64,000 bases of DNA from an uncultured delta proteobacterium (GCA_963706575.1 CAVPNL010000006.1:832001-896000); one strand, 5' to 3'. Counted from the stretch's first letter, positions 30,147-40,706 are shown. Notes: generated by a model not told the origin, from the sequence alone. Program-made: numbers and translations.

Positions 30147-30811
30147 CTCGTCATCCTCTCGGGGAAATGATGACGGCACAACTTGTCCAATCGCGCCATT
30201 GACCGGTCGTGAAACCGGTAAAAAAGGGGTACGGCAGCCATGGCGCCCACCAGTGCCAGAAACATATCCCACTGCGCGTCCCAGATATCGCCCTGTGAAC
30301 CTAAAAAGGCGGTGCCGACATCAGATGCCACGATCAGGGCGATCCACCACTCCAGCAGTTCCCAGAAAGCTGCGATGGCCAGAATGATGCTAAAGACAAT
30401 AAAATAAAACCAGCCGCCCCTTTGCAGCGGTGTGACCCGCAAAAGAACTTCACGGATAATAAAAACAGGGAACACACCCAGAGCGACATGCCCCACGCGG
30501 TCGTAGTGGTTGCGACTGAAGCCGAAAACCTCCATGGCCCAGTTTCCCAGGGGCGTTTTGGCATAGGTATAATAACCGCCGTAGATCAGGATGAACATAT
30601 GAAAAAACACACACCAGTAAGCCATGTGCGACATCGGGAACCGGCGATAAAGTGCCATGAGCACGGCGATACCGGCAAGGCCGGGGCCCACCTCCAGCAG
30701 CCAGCTGAATCGTCCCGCCGGGGGTGCCATCACGGTCGCAATGCAGACGAGAACGACGATACCCAGGAGGATCAACGGAGTGCGGTAATATGAAAACGGT
30801 ACTGCTGCCAT
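30143..30811 (-). CDS. DUF2238 (YjdF-like) inner membrane protein
   Basis: GGYYTY, RNHYDRVGH, ELLEW, FLGSQGDIWDAQWDM. Confidence 0.92.
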   Translation of the reverse strand: MAAVPFSYYRTPLILLGIVVLVCIATVMAPPAGRFSWLLEVGPGLAGIAVLMALYRRFPMSHMAYWCVFFHMFILIYGGYYTYAKTPLGNWAMEVFGFSRNHYDRVGHVALGVFPVFIIREVLLRVTPLQRGGWFYFIVFSIILAIAAFWELLEWWIALIVASDVGTAFLGSQGDIWDAQWDMFLALVGAMAAVPLFYRFHDRSMARLDKLCRHHFPERMTR

Positions 30812-31351
30812 TTATTTCCCCTTTTTGTCAGATTCATATTTTAGCCAATGCTCGGGATCGGATTGGGTAAGCGCTTTGCCGGTCTCCAGATAATGGTTCA
30901 TGGTGGCTTCCCAGAATTTCATATCTTTTACAAAATTATCCTCGCTAAAATTTTCGATGAATCGATTGCCCGCTTCGGTCAGCGCGGTGATGGTGTAGGT
31001 GATGTGAACGCGCGAGGTTTGCTGACCGCCGTCCTCGGCGCGAACCATTACTTCGGCCACTCTTGAATCCGGGGTGATGCGGGCAAAATTCGTCTCGCAG
31101 GCGGCATCATCTCTTTTGGTGATCAGCCAGATGGTGTCTTTTTCACCGGCACTTTTGGAGGTAAATACACACCCTTTTTCCGCGAAGCCGGATTCCGAAA
31201 AAGTCAGATGATACTCCCAGCCATCCAGCCATTCAGCCTCTTTGACCGGACAGATCAAAGAATGAACCACTGAAGGCGGCGCCTGAATGGACTGAACATA
31301 ATTTCGGGTGACTCTTTTTGCTTTAAAATTTGAATGATTGGTAGGATTCAT
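30812..31351 (-). CDS. Hypothetical SRPBCC-like protein
   Basis: LICPVKEAEWLDGW...WEATMNHYLETG, START-like layout. Confidence 0.7.
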   Translation of the reverse strand: MNPTNHSNFKAKRVTRNYVQSIQAPPSVVHSLICPVKEAEWLDGWEYHLTFSESGFAEKGCVFTSKSAGEKDTIWLITKRDDAACETNFARITPDSRVAEVMVRAEDGGQQTSRVHITYTITALTEAGNRFIENFSEDNFVKDMKFWEATMNHYLETGKALTQSDPEHWLKYESDKKGK

Positions 31352-31384
31352 GGGTTTCTCCGTGTGTAGCGCGCTTTTCGCATC

Positions 31385-32149
31385 TTAGCGGTTTATTATA
31401 TCCAAAACTTCCTGCAGGCTCGAAATCACTGTAACCTCATTTCCCCAAGAGCGGTTTTCGAAAAGATTTTCGTTGGGATACACTACCTGGAAATCCAAAG
31501 CATCGCTGTCTGTGAGGTTAACCGGCCTGGCAATGAATATTGGATGGATTCCGGCTGCGGTGGCCCCGGCAACATCCGTTTTGGTATCCCCGACATAGAC
31601 TGCATTCGCCGCTGAAATTCCGGTTTGTTGAAGCGCCAGCGCAAAGATGCCAGGGTCGGGTTTTTTAACACCCACCTCACTGGAGATGATGGTGGCGTCA
31701 AAGATGTTTTCCAATCCATTATGGGACAAAATTCGGCGAACATGCGGCGGATGGTCGAAATTGCTTACCAGACCGACCGTTTTGTTGTTTTGTTTTAGTG
31801 CCGTTAGAACCGGCATTGCCTCAGGATCGATAGAGATTTGCGTTTGCCATGCGTTGGCGATCGTATCGGCGATATGGCCAAGCTCTCCCTTGGGCAGCTG
31901 ATGGTTGAGTTTCTGGCATAAACGCTGAATACGATGCTCAAGAACGGTTAAATGATCTTCATTGCCGGACGGCGCCGTCGCGCTGAAAAATCCATCGCAT
32001 TCCTGTGAAAAGGCTTCTGCGGAGATTTTTAAACCCTGCTTTATTAGCAAATGATAAAACGTCGTCAGCCAGTCAGACCAGGCTGCTTTCATATTCCCAT
32101 AGATCAGCAAGGTTCCGTAAAGATCAAAAAAAATTCCCTGTACGCTCAT
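31385..32149 (-). CDS. HAD-superfamily hydrolase
   Basis: FFDLYGTL, VSN, KKPDP, YVGD..TD. Confidence 0.9.
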   Translation of the reverse strand: MSVQGIFFDLYGTLLIYGNMKAAWSDWLTTFYHLLIKQGLKISAEAFSQECDGFFSATAPSGNEDHLTVLEHRIQRLCQKLNHQLPKGELGHIADTIANAWQTQISIDPEAMPVLTALKQNNKTVGLVSNFDHPPHVRRILSHNGLENIFDATIISSEVGVKKPDPGIFALALQQTGISAANAVYVGDTKTDVAGATAAGIHPIFIARPVNLTDSDALDFQVVYPNENLFENRSWGNEVTVISSLQEVLDIINR

Positions 32150-32241
32150 TTTTTATCCAACCATTGTTACATGACAAAGGCATCCACAAAACCCTTTTCG
32201 CGATGATTGAAAGCTTTTGGATCCGAGTAACCTGAGTCCTC

Positions 32242-32892
32242 TTATTCGCAGCCGGCGGGTTTCTCCCAGTGACCGCTGAAGCCGGCCTCCATCGAAGATG
32301 GCAGACATGACTGCCAGGGGATTTGTGTTAAATTTTTTGCCCGCTGCCCGATGGCACATTTGTCTTCCACAACCTGCAATTTTAAATCTCCCTGGTCCAA
32401 CGTCCAACGATAAAAACCCTTCACCGCTATACAACAAGGGTCATTAAAAACCTGCACCCGGTTTTGGTCAATCACAAAAGACCCGATACTTCGCCAGCCG
32501 GTAGATTCATGAAAGATTCGAAAAATACCTTTGTCTAAATTCAGTTTCCATATGCCGCCTTGGGGTACGTAATCCGGGCAGCGACGGCAGGGAACCGGCG
32601 GTGTCTTTTTGGGGTCGAACTTGGTATAGGTTCCATCCAAAGTGGTGTGCGTTCTGGCAGGAAGTGGCGCCGTATGGGGAAACGGTGTTTTCTGAAGCAA
32701 CTCGGACCAAATGATAGAAGTTGAACTGCTTTGTCCAGTAGTTTGAGCGGGCTCAGATTCCGTGCCGAAGGCCCCGGGCGGAAAGGAGCCGTATAGTGCC
32801 GCCAGGACCCCCCAAAATACCAATACGCCCACAAAAAAAGTAATCCTGGCGGCAATTGCATAATCCGGATATCTGGCAATCAAACGATTCAT
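32242..32892 (-). CDS. Hypothetical membrane-anchored Cys-containing protein
   Basis: N-terminal TM, CRRCPDY, DPCC, PAGC. Confidence 0.65.
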   Translation of the reverse strand: MNRLIARYPDYAIAARITFFVGVLVFWGVLAALYGSFPPGAFGTESEPAQTTGQSSSTSIIWSELLQKTPFPHTAPLPARTHTTLDGTYTKFDPKKTPPVPCRRCPDYVPQGGIWKLNLDKGIFRIFHESTGWRSIGSFVIDQNRVQVFNDPCCIAVKGFYRWTLDQGDLKLQVVEDKCAIGQRAKNLTQIPWQSCLPSSMEAGFSGHWEKPAGCE

Positions 32893-32899
32893 GGGTGGA

Positions 32900-33331
32900 T
32901 CATTCCATTTCCCGAACCATGTAAACATTTTCCAGGTTGATCAAAAATGTAACGCTGTCCGTTTCAAGTTCAGATTCTTTAAAATGGAAGGTCTCTGATT
33001 TGTAGAGATCCCTGGCTAAAACAATGTCTAATGTCGCTTTGGGCGGATTGTTAAAAACCGTTTTTCTTCTTTCCCACAAATAGTTGAATCGTACCGCAAT
33101 TTTTCCCCTTGAATTACTCTGTGCAATCTTTAATAGAGTCGCTTGCTTGGAACGGGTATAATCATAACCGGTGTCGACAAAGTAAACATTGACCGCTTCA
33201 AGTGGGAAACTCGATTCCTTATCAAGGACACGGCCTTGAATCGAAAAAATGGTGACAGATCTAATTTGCTGGGTGGCACATCCGATGATGCCCAGGCCAA
33301 TGAACACAGTTATCATCAAGCGGAGTTTCAT
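32900..33331 (-). CDS. Hypothetical lipoprotein
   Basis: Lipobox IIGC; IQGRVLD beta-sandwich-like start. Confidence 0.65.
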   Translation of the reverse strand: MKLRLMITVFIGLGIIGCATQQIRSVTIFSIQGRVLDKESSFPLEAVNVYFVDTGYDYTRSKQATLLKIAQSNSRGKIAVRFNYLWERRKTVFNNPPKATLDIVLARDLYKSETFHFKESELETDSVTFLINLENVYMVREME

Positions 33332-33471
33332 AAACCGATCAAAGGGTAGAGAATCAGAAAATGGGCTGTTTGACAACGACTCGAATAACATTATCGATTG
33401 AATATAGGCATTCTAAAATTTAATCAAGCACTTCGCCAATGACCCGTGCCGCTGATGATGAGGCGGTCGGT

Positions 33472-34188
33472 TTATGTGGCCTGCCGCTTTAAGACTTTTC
33501 TTCCATATGGACACACCGATGAACAAATACCACAGTTGTGTCCCTGATGATATTCATAATAGTTTTCCTTTTTCCAGCGGTCACAGGCCGTAACATCGAG
33601 GATTTTTTCACGCTCAAGTCCTGGATGCCATGCATTGCCTGTTAATGCGTTTGCGGGACAGGCCTCAACGCAGCGCATACAGCGACCGCAAAAGCTGCGC
33701 ACAATTGGGGTTCCGTTTAAAGCCACCCCATTGGTGAAGATGGTGCCCAGACGGACCCATGAGCCGAACTTGCGGGTGATCAGCTGGCAGTGACGCCCGA
33801 TCCAGCCCAATCCCGCCCGGGTGGCTGCGGTTTTGTGGGGAAAATCTCCTTTGATGTTAACTTTGTCCGTGCGCTCGGACGCCGCCAGCGCGTAAGCTTC
33901 AAAGCCGCGGTTTTGGATTTCGTCTGCCAGCAGCCGTGCCAGTTCGTTTATCAGATGATTTACCCGGGCGTACTCATCGGCATAGACCCGGTTGGGTCCC
34001 TGCATTATGCCGGCCATGATGTGCGGGTTCATGGGGATCACCCAGGAAACCGCAAAGGGTAATCGTTGACCACCGGCATCTTTTGGTGTCTCAAAGTCCC
34101 TAAGATCGGCCACACCCCAGAGTGTAATTTCATGGGCCTGCATCCATTCGGTCAGCCAGGAATGATTCGAAGAAGAGGCGTTTTTCAA
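33472..34188 (-). CDS. QueG-like (epoxyqueuosine reductase-like) 4Fe-4S dicluster protein
   Basis: HKTAATRAGLGWIG, GSWVRLG, CGRCMRCVEACP, CGICSSVCP. Confidence 0.85.
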   Translation of the reverse strand: MKNASSSNHSWLTEWMQAHEITLWGVADLRDFETPKDAGGQRLPFAVSWVIPMNPHIMAGIMQGPNRVYADEYARVNHLINELARLLADEIQNRGFEAYALAASERTDKVNIKGDFPHKTAATRAGLGWIGRHCQLITRKFGSWVRLGTIFTNGVALNGTPIVRSFCGRCMRCVEACPANALTGNAWHPGLEREKILDVTACDRWKKENYYEYHQGHNCGICSSVCPYGRKVLKRQAT

Positions 34189-34285
34189 AATAATGCCTTT
34201 GCCGGTTTGTAATGATTAAGGGAATTTGTTGTATATCGAGAAAAGCAATTAAATTCAAATCGAGAATTTGTTGGTTTTCAGAGCA

Positions 34286-34343
34286 GAATAAGGTGGGAAT
34301 TCAGCGGCGACGGATTGCCGTTAGCTGAAATGATTCGTTATGC
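34286..34343 (-). mobile_element. Degenerate integron attC-like site
   Basis: Minus strand: GCATAAC-gaatcatt-TCAGCTAAC-ggcaatccgtcgcc-GCTGAA-ttcccac-CTTATTC. Confidence 0.55.
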
Positions 34344-34382
34344 GATTTTGGTCTTTTTGTTCCTGGTCTGATTTATTTGCAC

Positions 34383-35627
34383 TCAGTTTTGAGCAAACCC
34401 TGGAGAAGGGGGTTCGGGCTCTGATATTTGTTCATCCGCTTCATTTGCAATCCTATCCTCAAGCAAGTTCCATATATCAATAAATCCCATATCCGCTGCT
34501 ATGTCTAAAGGCGTCTGGTCCATATAAATTTGGATTTCAACGATATCATTATCCGATAATATTGGCGCCTTAATACATCTGGCAAATGGAAAATCAGCTT
34601 CCATCTTAACATTTATATTTGCTTTACTGGATAATAAATGTTCAACAATATCCTTATTGCCGATGGCGACTGCAATGTGTAAGGGCGTTGCCCCATTATC
34701 TGCTCTACTGTTTACATCAAGACCTTGCCTGATTAAAAACTTAACTAAATCTAAATTTCCGCTTTGTGTCGCATGATGCAAAACAGTCGCGTCGTAATGA
34801 GTCTTGCTGCCAGTGTCCGCACCATTTTCAACAAGATATTTGACAATTGAAAGTTTTCCTATCCAGCATGCGGCGAAAATCGGTGTAGCCCCTTCGATAT
34901 CCTTAGAATTAGGCTTCGCGTTGTGTTCAATGAGAAATTTGACGATTTTCATATCTCCATTCATGGCAGCGCCATGAAGTGGCGTAAGCTCTGCTTCAGG
35001 GACTTTAATATTTACGTTTGCTCCATTATTTATCAGCAACTTAACGATCTCGAAATGACCCAGATAAGATGCATGGTGCAAGGCTGCTTGCCCGCTGTCA
35101 TCTCTGGCGTTTACGTCTGCTCCATTGCTTAATAATTTATCTACCAATTTAAGATCGCCCTTTTTGGTTGCTTCTATCAAATCACCTGCGCTTGAAATAT
35201 AAGTGTTTGCCTTTTTTTTTGCTTCACTCCAAATTTTCTTTGAATACCCTCCATTCGCACAATGATCCGGATATCTGCTGTTTTTTGTATCTACGTAGGC
35301 CGCGGCATAAGGTACAAGCCATTTTGGATTCTGATAATTATTATAGTAATGTCTGGGGGAATACCAGGGGGGGCGTGGGGTAATTCTCTGGAGCGTCGCA
35401 TTTTGTGCGTCACACTCAATTTTATATGCCTCAAACCCAACCACAATATGTTCAAACATGTGACCTTTCATCAGCACCTCTCTGCTGGACCATTCGCCGT
35501 CTGAACTCTGAAAGGCAACATTGGTTCCCTTCGAAACCATTGAATGATAATTCGCCAGAACAGCGAATATGATAAACAAGACAGGGATGGAAATTGTGTA
35601 TAGAATTGGCTTCTTTAATTTGATCAT
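34383..35627 (-). CDS. Membrane-anchored ankyrin repeat protein
   Basis: N-terminal TM; multiple TPLH/GADVN ankyrin repeats; visibly AT-richer than the neighbours. Confidence 0.9.
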   Translation of the reverse strand: MIKLKKPILYTISIPVLFIIFAVLANYHSMVSKGTNVAFQSSDGEWSSREVLMKGHMFEHIVVGFEAYKIECDAQNATLQRITPRPPWYSPRHYYNNYQNPKWLVPYAAAYVDTKNSRYPDHCANGGYSKKIWSEAKKKANTYISSAGDLIEATKKGDLKLVDKLLSNGADVNARDDSGQAALHHASYLGHFEIVKLLINNGANVNIKVPEAELTPLHGAAMNGDMKIVKFLIEHNAKPNSKDIEGATPIFAACWIGKLSIVKYLVENGADTGSKTHYDATVLHHATQSGNLDLVKFLIRQGLDVNSRADNGATPLHIAVAIGNKDIVEHLLSSKANINVKMEADFPFARCIKAPILSDNDIVEIQIYMDQTPLDIAADMGFIDIWNLLEDRIANEADEQISEPEPPSPGFAQN

Positions 35628-35646
35628 TCGAAATACGGCCTGTCCA

Positions 35647-36087
35647 TCATTGGTGAATTCTGGAAAGCTCAACCGTTTCATCTTTTCCCGCCATGGTAAG
35701 AATGAGCGTGTCATCTTCCAATTGATATTGCATGTTTCCCTTTTGCAGGGAAGCATTGCATCGCAGAAAACCGGGGCTGTGCTCTTTTTCCACATTGTTC
35801 GACGCGAGAACCCGGATTTCTTCAGGCGTTATCACCGCAGGAGAGGAGACTTCCGCCAGGACACTGTATTCTTTGAAAGCGCATGTATTGGAAGCAATGA
35901 CCTCGCCCTCATTGATGATGAGGGTTAACTGGATGGACATTCCGCCCGTTTCTAATTTCATCAGCTCCCAGGAGCCGTAAAGATCCGTTTCCACATTGGA
36001 CTCCTCTGCCAATGCGTTACCACCCCAAAATGCAAACAACGTCATTACAACAAGGCCAGATACGAACAGAAATTTAGTTGGGTTCAT
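35647..36087 (-). CDS. Exported lipocalin-like hypothetical protein
   Basis: Signal peptide, LYGSWEL, YQLEDDTLIL. Confidence 0.65.
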   Translation of the reverse strand: MNPTKFLFVSGLVVMTLFAFWGGNALAEESNVETDLYGSWELMKLETGGMSIQLTLIINEGEVIASNTCAFKEYSVLAEVSSPAVITPEEIRVLASNNVEKEHSPGFLRCNASLQKGNMQYQLEDDTLILTMAGKDETVELSRIHQ

Positions 36088-36104
36088 TTGCTGCCTTTCA
36101 TTCT

Positions 36105-36710
36105 TCAATTATTAAACGTTTTTCTTTTTTCTTCCAGGCGTTGATCGAGGTTTTTTAACATCTCGATGGTTTTTTTGAGATTTTGATTGGATTCTTGGAG
36201 CTTGCGATTTTTTTCCCGGAGATTGATTTCTTCACGGGTTAATTTGTGATTGGTTCGGCTAAGTGCCAATTTTGTCTGTTTTGATTGTTTTAGTTGGTCC
36301 TTCATCCTGTTAATCTGCTGATGCTGAACTGCAATCTCTTTCGACAGACGGTCGATTTCTTTTAATGACGCCATCCAGTCTAGCGTTTCACCATCGACGG
36401 GAGATTCTTCCAGACTGATATAGAATTTAAGATGTTTAAGGGATTTTTGGTAATTTCGCAGGTGATTTTTGTGATCGGAATAAAGGTGCGCCAGCCTTAA
36501 ATGTGCTTTTTTTGCTTCGGCAGATTTTGAATTTTTCAAAATAACCTGGTTCAACTCCATAATTTCTTGGGAGTATTTGTCATTGGCAACCGGTTGACCG
36601 GTTGACGATGACGGTTCTTGGCTGATATTCTGCGTATGAGAACAGCCGGTCAACACCAAAATCAGTGCCAGGACAGCGATAAAATTCCTTTTCACTGTTA
36701 ATCTAGGCAT
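36105..36710 (-). CDS. TPR/coiled-coil lipoprotein (QseG/YfhG-like layout)
   Basis: Lipobox LTGC, TPR-like helices, C-terminal coiled coil ending IEMLKNLDQRLEEKR. Confidence 0.7.
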   Translation of the reverse strand: MPRLTVKRNFIAVLALILVLTGCSHTQNISQEPSSSTGQPVANDKYSQEIMELNQVILKNSKSAEAKKAHLRLAHLYSDHKNHLRNYQKSLKHLKFYISLEESPVDGETLDWMASLKEIDRLSKEIAVQHQQINRMKDQLKQSKQTKLALSRTNHKLTREEINLREKNRKLQESNQNLKKTIEMLKNLDQRLEEKRKTFNN

Positions 36711-38180
36711 TTATTTTCCTTTTGAACTCCGTTTGAGGCCCTGCAGGCTGATTAATTTGCGATCCCGTTCTCCCTTTCTTTTACCGTCCCCGCGCTGATC
36801 TACCATAAAAATGCTTCCGGCCACTGTTTTGGCATGCTCCTTCATTTCCGCAGCCACTTCACCGTACTGGATGTGATTTTTGAATTTACGCTTTACGTTC
36901 GTAACCACGGCAATGGAGAGGGTCGCCAGTGGAAATTTGACTTCCTGGCCCTGGCGGTTTTCACCAACAATATGACCGCGCTGCCTGTCTTCTTCATCGT
37001 AAAATCCGGGAATATTTTTATCAAAGGTATCAATTACCGCCTGGCAGATTCTCGGATAAAGATCCGGAGTGGTGATCAGTACATAATCATCCCCGCCAAT
37101 GTGGCCGATAAAATCATCTTCGTGTCCGTATTTGGCAACCGCTTCACTGATTATAGCGGCGGTGGCCTGGATGATATCGTTGCCCTTGGCATATCCGTAA
37201 TGGTCATTGTAGGCTTTAAAATTATCGATATCCATCAGACAAAAGGCAATGGGTTCCTTGGCGGCAATGCGCTTGTTCATTACATTTTCTATGGCAACGC
37301 CTCCGGGTAGCCGTGTCAGGGGACTGGTATCCAGATACATTTCTTCGAGTTGTTTTAAGCGCTTGGCCATGGTGATAAATGCTTGAGCCAGCTCTCCAAG
37401 CTCATCCTTGTTGCGGATGTTGGGCCGATGATCAAACTTGCCTTCGGCGATCATGCCGGTGGCGTACTTTAATTTTTTTATGGCCCCGGCGATGTTGTGA
37501 GTGATGACAAAGGCCGCTATCAGCGAGAACAGCAAGCCAAGGCCGCATAAAATCCCTGCGGCTTTGAAGGCGATCCGACCGATGGTTGTCATCAGAGCGG
37601 TTTTCTGATTCCGCTCCAGCTGTGCACGGCCTTGCATTTTTTGGATAACAGCATTAATTTTTTCCTGCTGAGTCTTGATATTTTTCTCAAAAGCTTTCGA
37701 TATCGGAGAGTCAGGGTCCTCGATCCATCCGATGGCTTCTGAAAGGATATACTTATACTCCGTTTGAAGGTTTGCGATTTGGTCGATGGGATAATCTTTT
37801 TGGCCGGGTAAGGCGAGCAACTGCTCGGTCAGTCGATTAAATTCTTTTTCCTTATTCCAGAACTTCTTCAAATCTTCAGGGCTCTTTAAAATAAGGTAGC
37901 GCTGGACAGACCGTTCCTGGGCCAGGATGACGTCAACCATTTTTCCCGATATGCTGGTGATGGGCAGATCTGTCTCCAAAATACTGCTGTTAATTTTATT
38001 GAGCTGATTCAGATTAAACAGCGCAAAGATGGAGATACCCACCAGCAGGAGCAGCAACACACTGTATCCCAGCATGAGTTTTTTGGCGATATTGAGACGG
38101 TAAAAAGGGCTAACGGCAAATTCGATTAGCCGGTCGATGATTTTCCGTTCACTAGGTTGTGATGAGTTGCGGTCAGCCAC
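36711..38180 (-). CDS. Membrane sensor diguanylate cyclase (periplasmic helical domain, HAMP, GGDEF)
   Basis: Two TMs, DELGELA HAMP, PLTRLPG, DIDNFKAYNDHYG, HIGGDDY. Confidence 0.9.
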   Translation of the reverse strand: MADRNSSQPSERKIIDRLIEFAVSPFYRLNIAKKLMLGYSVLLLLLVGISIFALFNLNQLNKINSSILETDLPITSISGKMVDVILAQERSVQRYLILKSPEDLKKFWNKEKEFNRLTEQLLALPGQKDYPIDQIANLQTEYKYILSEAIGWIEDPDSPISKAFEKNIKTQQEKINAVIQKMQGRAQLERNQKTALMTTIGRIAFKAAGILCGLGLLFSLIAAFVITHNIAGAIKKLKYATGMIAEGKFDHRPNIRNKDELGELAQAFITMAKRLKQLEEMYLDTSPLTRLPGGVAIENVMNKRIAAKEPIAFCLMDIDNFKAYNDHYGYAKGNDIIQATAAIISEAVAKYGHEDDFIGHIGGDDYVLITTPDLYPRICQAVIDTFDKNIPGFYDEEDRQRGHIVGENRQGQEVKFPLATLSIAVVTNVKRKFKNHIQYGEVAAEMKEHAKTVAGSIFMVDQRGDGKRKGERDRKLISLQGLKRSSKGK

Positions 38181-38315
38181 TGGTACACCCGGTTGTTAAT
38201 TTATGTTGAAACTAAAAGTTCTGTTTTTGTTTACAAATACCTGGGAATGTTATCGGCTGGGGGGCTGTTGAACTTGAGAAAAAATCAGGGGTTGTCCTAA
38301 AAGTGTATTTATCTC

Positions 38316-38483
38316 GAGCCCGTCTCAAAAATAGGATTTCGGTTCAAGATTCCGTCTTCGCCACGCGAAAAGCGTAGCTACGCCGGTACAGGCGCGGCGG
38401 AGCCGAGTTTTTCCAGCGTAGAAGGATTTAAAGTGAGGCACCAACAAAGATATTGGGCCAAAAGACATTTTTGAGATGGGCTC
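38316..38483. mobile_element. MITE family A copy with a 42-bp insert
   Basis: GAGCCCGTCTCAAAAAT ... ATTTTTGAGATGGGCTC; interior similar to 44978-45123. Confidence 0.85.
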
Positions 38484-38551
38484 TCATATGGTTTCAGCGT
38501 AAGAAATGCGGTTGGCTCACCATCAGGGGCCGGTGTCAGGTCGATTTATCG

Positions 38552-39196
38552 CTATTTGGGTGAAGAGACCTTTAATTTTTGCCCGGGGTAAATAGATGCT
38601 TTCTGATCCAGTTGGTTGAATTGTCTCAATTGCTCAACGGAAAGATTATAGTGGCGGCTGATGCGATAGAGGGTTTCACCCTGCTTGACGGTGTGTATTT
38701 TGGCTTTGGTTTCATTTTTAAGCGCCGGAGCGGATACAGCGGCTTCGGTCTTGGTAGTGGCTTCGGCAACCGGTTTAGCCGGGGCTGTATTGACCTGATT
38801 TACCATGCTATTGATGCGGGCCGTCAAATTGGCTTCTAACTGGTCAAGGCGTTCGGTTAGCAGGATCAGCTGGTTTCCCTGTCCGGCGGTTTGAGATAAT
38901 CCACCTTCACCTTCAATGGATCCGAGACGGTTTTCCAGCTGCTCGAGCCTGGATTCCAGCGCCAGAAACTGGACTTTTTCGGCAAGACTATAGGTTCTGG
39001 CAATGCCGATAACGCTGAGAACGATCAAAATTAAAAAACCGCCAATGGCGATGTAAATGTGTTTAAAGGCCTGCCCGCCGGAAGCATTGCTGCCAGATCC
39101 GTGGTAAAGATCCTCGCGGGATTCCAATGCGTCGCTACCCTGGTAGCTGCTGCTCAACACAAAATCTTTGTCGTCGCCGTTTTCTAATTGACCCAT
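38552..39196 (-). CDS. Membrane-anchored LysM protein
   Basis: TM, coiled coil, HTVKQGETLYRIS...IYPGQKL. Confidence 0.88.
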   Translation of the reverse strand: MGQLENGDDKDFVLSSSYQGSDALESREDLYHGSGSNASGGQAFKHIYIAIGGFLILIVLSVIGIARTYSLAEKVQFLALESRLEQLENRLGSIEGEGGLSQTAGQGNQLILLTERLDQLEANLTARINSMVNQVNTAPAKPVAEATTKTEAAVSAPALKNETKAKIHTVKQGETLYRISRHYNLSVEQLRQFNQLDQKASIYPGQKLKVSSPK

Positions 39197-39303
39197 TTTT
39201 CCGATCCTTTTTTTTGTGATGCGGTTATAGGGCTTTCGCCAGCCTTGTTCTTGCTACCTAAAATAATTTCATTTAAGCTAAAAGGCAACAAAAAACCTGG
39301 TAC

Positions 39304-40677
39304 TTAACCAGGTTTTTTATGCTCATCGGTATTTTTTAACCGCCAGCGGGCAAAGACCAGCACGGCCAGTATCGTCAGCAGAAAATATCCCGGAAACCAG
39401 GCGATGGATTTGACGAACACCAGGTTTTCAAGTTGAGCGCCGCTGATGTCCATCCGGCCGGCGGTAACCTGCAAATTGAGGTACGCCAGCAGCAAAGAGT
39501 AAAGTACGCCGATCAGGCCGTAAGCCAGATTAAATGACAGCCCTTTGAAGCTGAGGACTGTGGCCCGTTGGTGGGAGGCGGTAATGCGGTTGAGGTAATG
39601 GCTTTGAAAGAAATTCTCCAGGTAAATTACTGCGACCAGGACGATAAGCGGCAGCAATCCTATTATCGGCCAGAAAAATGTCATACCGGCCAGTCCGATC
39701 AGGGTTAGCACACCCATGATGCCCAGATTAAATACCGGCGAATGTTTTTGCACCATGCTCCGGGCAAGGCTCGGCATCACCAACCCCAGAATCGCCAGCC
39801 CGGAACCGATCAAACCGAATGTGGCTTCCGGCAGCGCAATCAGGCGATAATATTGGCTGTTGAGCGTGATGATCATGCGAATGCAGTTGTCAAAGACGAC
39901 TCCGGCAAGAATAATGACCAGGGCAAATGGTGTTCGCAGGATCCAGCCGCCGGCAGCAAGGGTCAGTTTAAAAGCATCTGCAATCGATGGGTCATGGCTG
40001 GCATTTTCCTGATGATCGCGATGCCCGCTTTCGCGCATGCGCAGGGCGGTGATAAGGGTTAAGATCGCCATCAGTAGCGTCAGCAAAGGAGGGATGCGCA
40101 GAGTAATGCCCTGATTTAACTGTACATTAATTCCCAGCGTATCGGCCGCGCGTTGCATAAGATCGGGATCGTAAACAGCCGCGCCCAGGCTCATGGCAAT
40201 AATAAAGGCACTGGATCGCGCCCACATTTGTTTTTCGAGGACCCGCGGCCAATCCCGGATATCGCCTTCCGCCTGGAGACTGTCATAGGCGATGGCCTCA
40301 TCCGCACCGGAAGCCGATGCCTCGGCCGCCCCGCTCAGTATCCGATTGACCAGAAATATGGGAAACAACAGCTGCGCGTTGCCCCGCGGCGCAAAACACA
40401 GCAATATCATTTCGATAACCATCAGAATCCCGGTAAAAACCAGTAGATTCCTGCGGCCTACGGTGTCGGCCAGGGCACCGGATGGCACTTCGAGCAATAC
40501 GATGGTAGCGGCCCAGGCCGCATTGAGCAGGGCAAACTGTTGCAGGGTCAAACCATAATCCAAAAACAAAATGGTAAATACCGGATAATAAAACCGGCAG
40601 TTAAAAAAAACACGAAAAGCAATAAACAGGCGGACATTGCGAATTTTAAACGGAGATTTCTTGGCGGGTGTTTCCAA
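39304..40677 (-). CDS. MFS transporter
   Basis: LEVPSGALADTVGRR, SGADEAIAYDSL, RATVLS; many TM helices. Confidence 0.9.
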   Translation of the reverse strand: METPAKKSPFKIRNVRLFIAFRVFFNCRFYYPVFTILFLDYGLTLQQFALLNAAWAATIVLLEVPSGALADTVGRRNLLVFTGILMVIEMILLCFAPRGNAQLLFPIFLVNRILSGAAEASASGADEAIAYDSLQAEGDIRDWPRVLEKQMWARSSAFIIAMSLGAAVYDPDLMQRAADTLGINVQLNQGITLRIPPLLTLLMAILTLITALRMRESGHRDHQENASHDPSIADAFKLTLAAGGWILRTPFALVIILAGVVFDNCIRMIITLNSQYYRLIALPEATFGLIGSGLAILGLVMPSLARSMVQKHSPVFNLGIMGVLTLIGLAGMTFFWPIIGLLPLIVLVAVIYLENFFQSHYLNRITASHQRATVLSFKGLSFNLAYGLIGVLYSLLLAYLNLQVTAGRMDISGAQLENLVFVKSIAWFPGYFLLTILAVLVFARWRLKNTDEHKKPG

Positions 40678-40706
40678 TGATTCGATTCTATTCTTAGATT
40701 TTTTAT

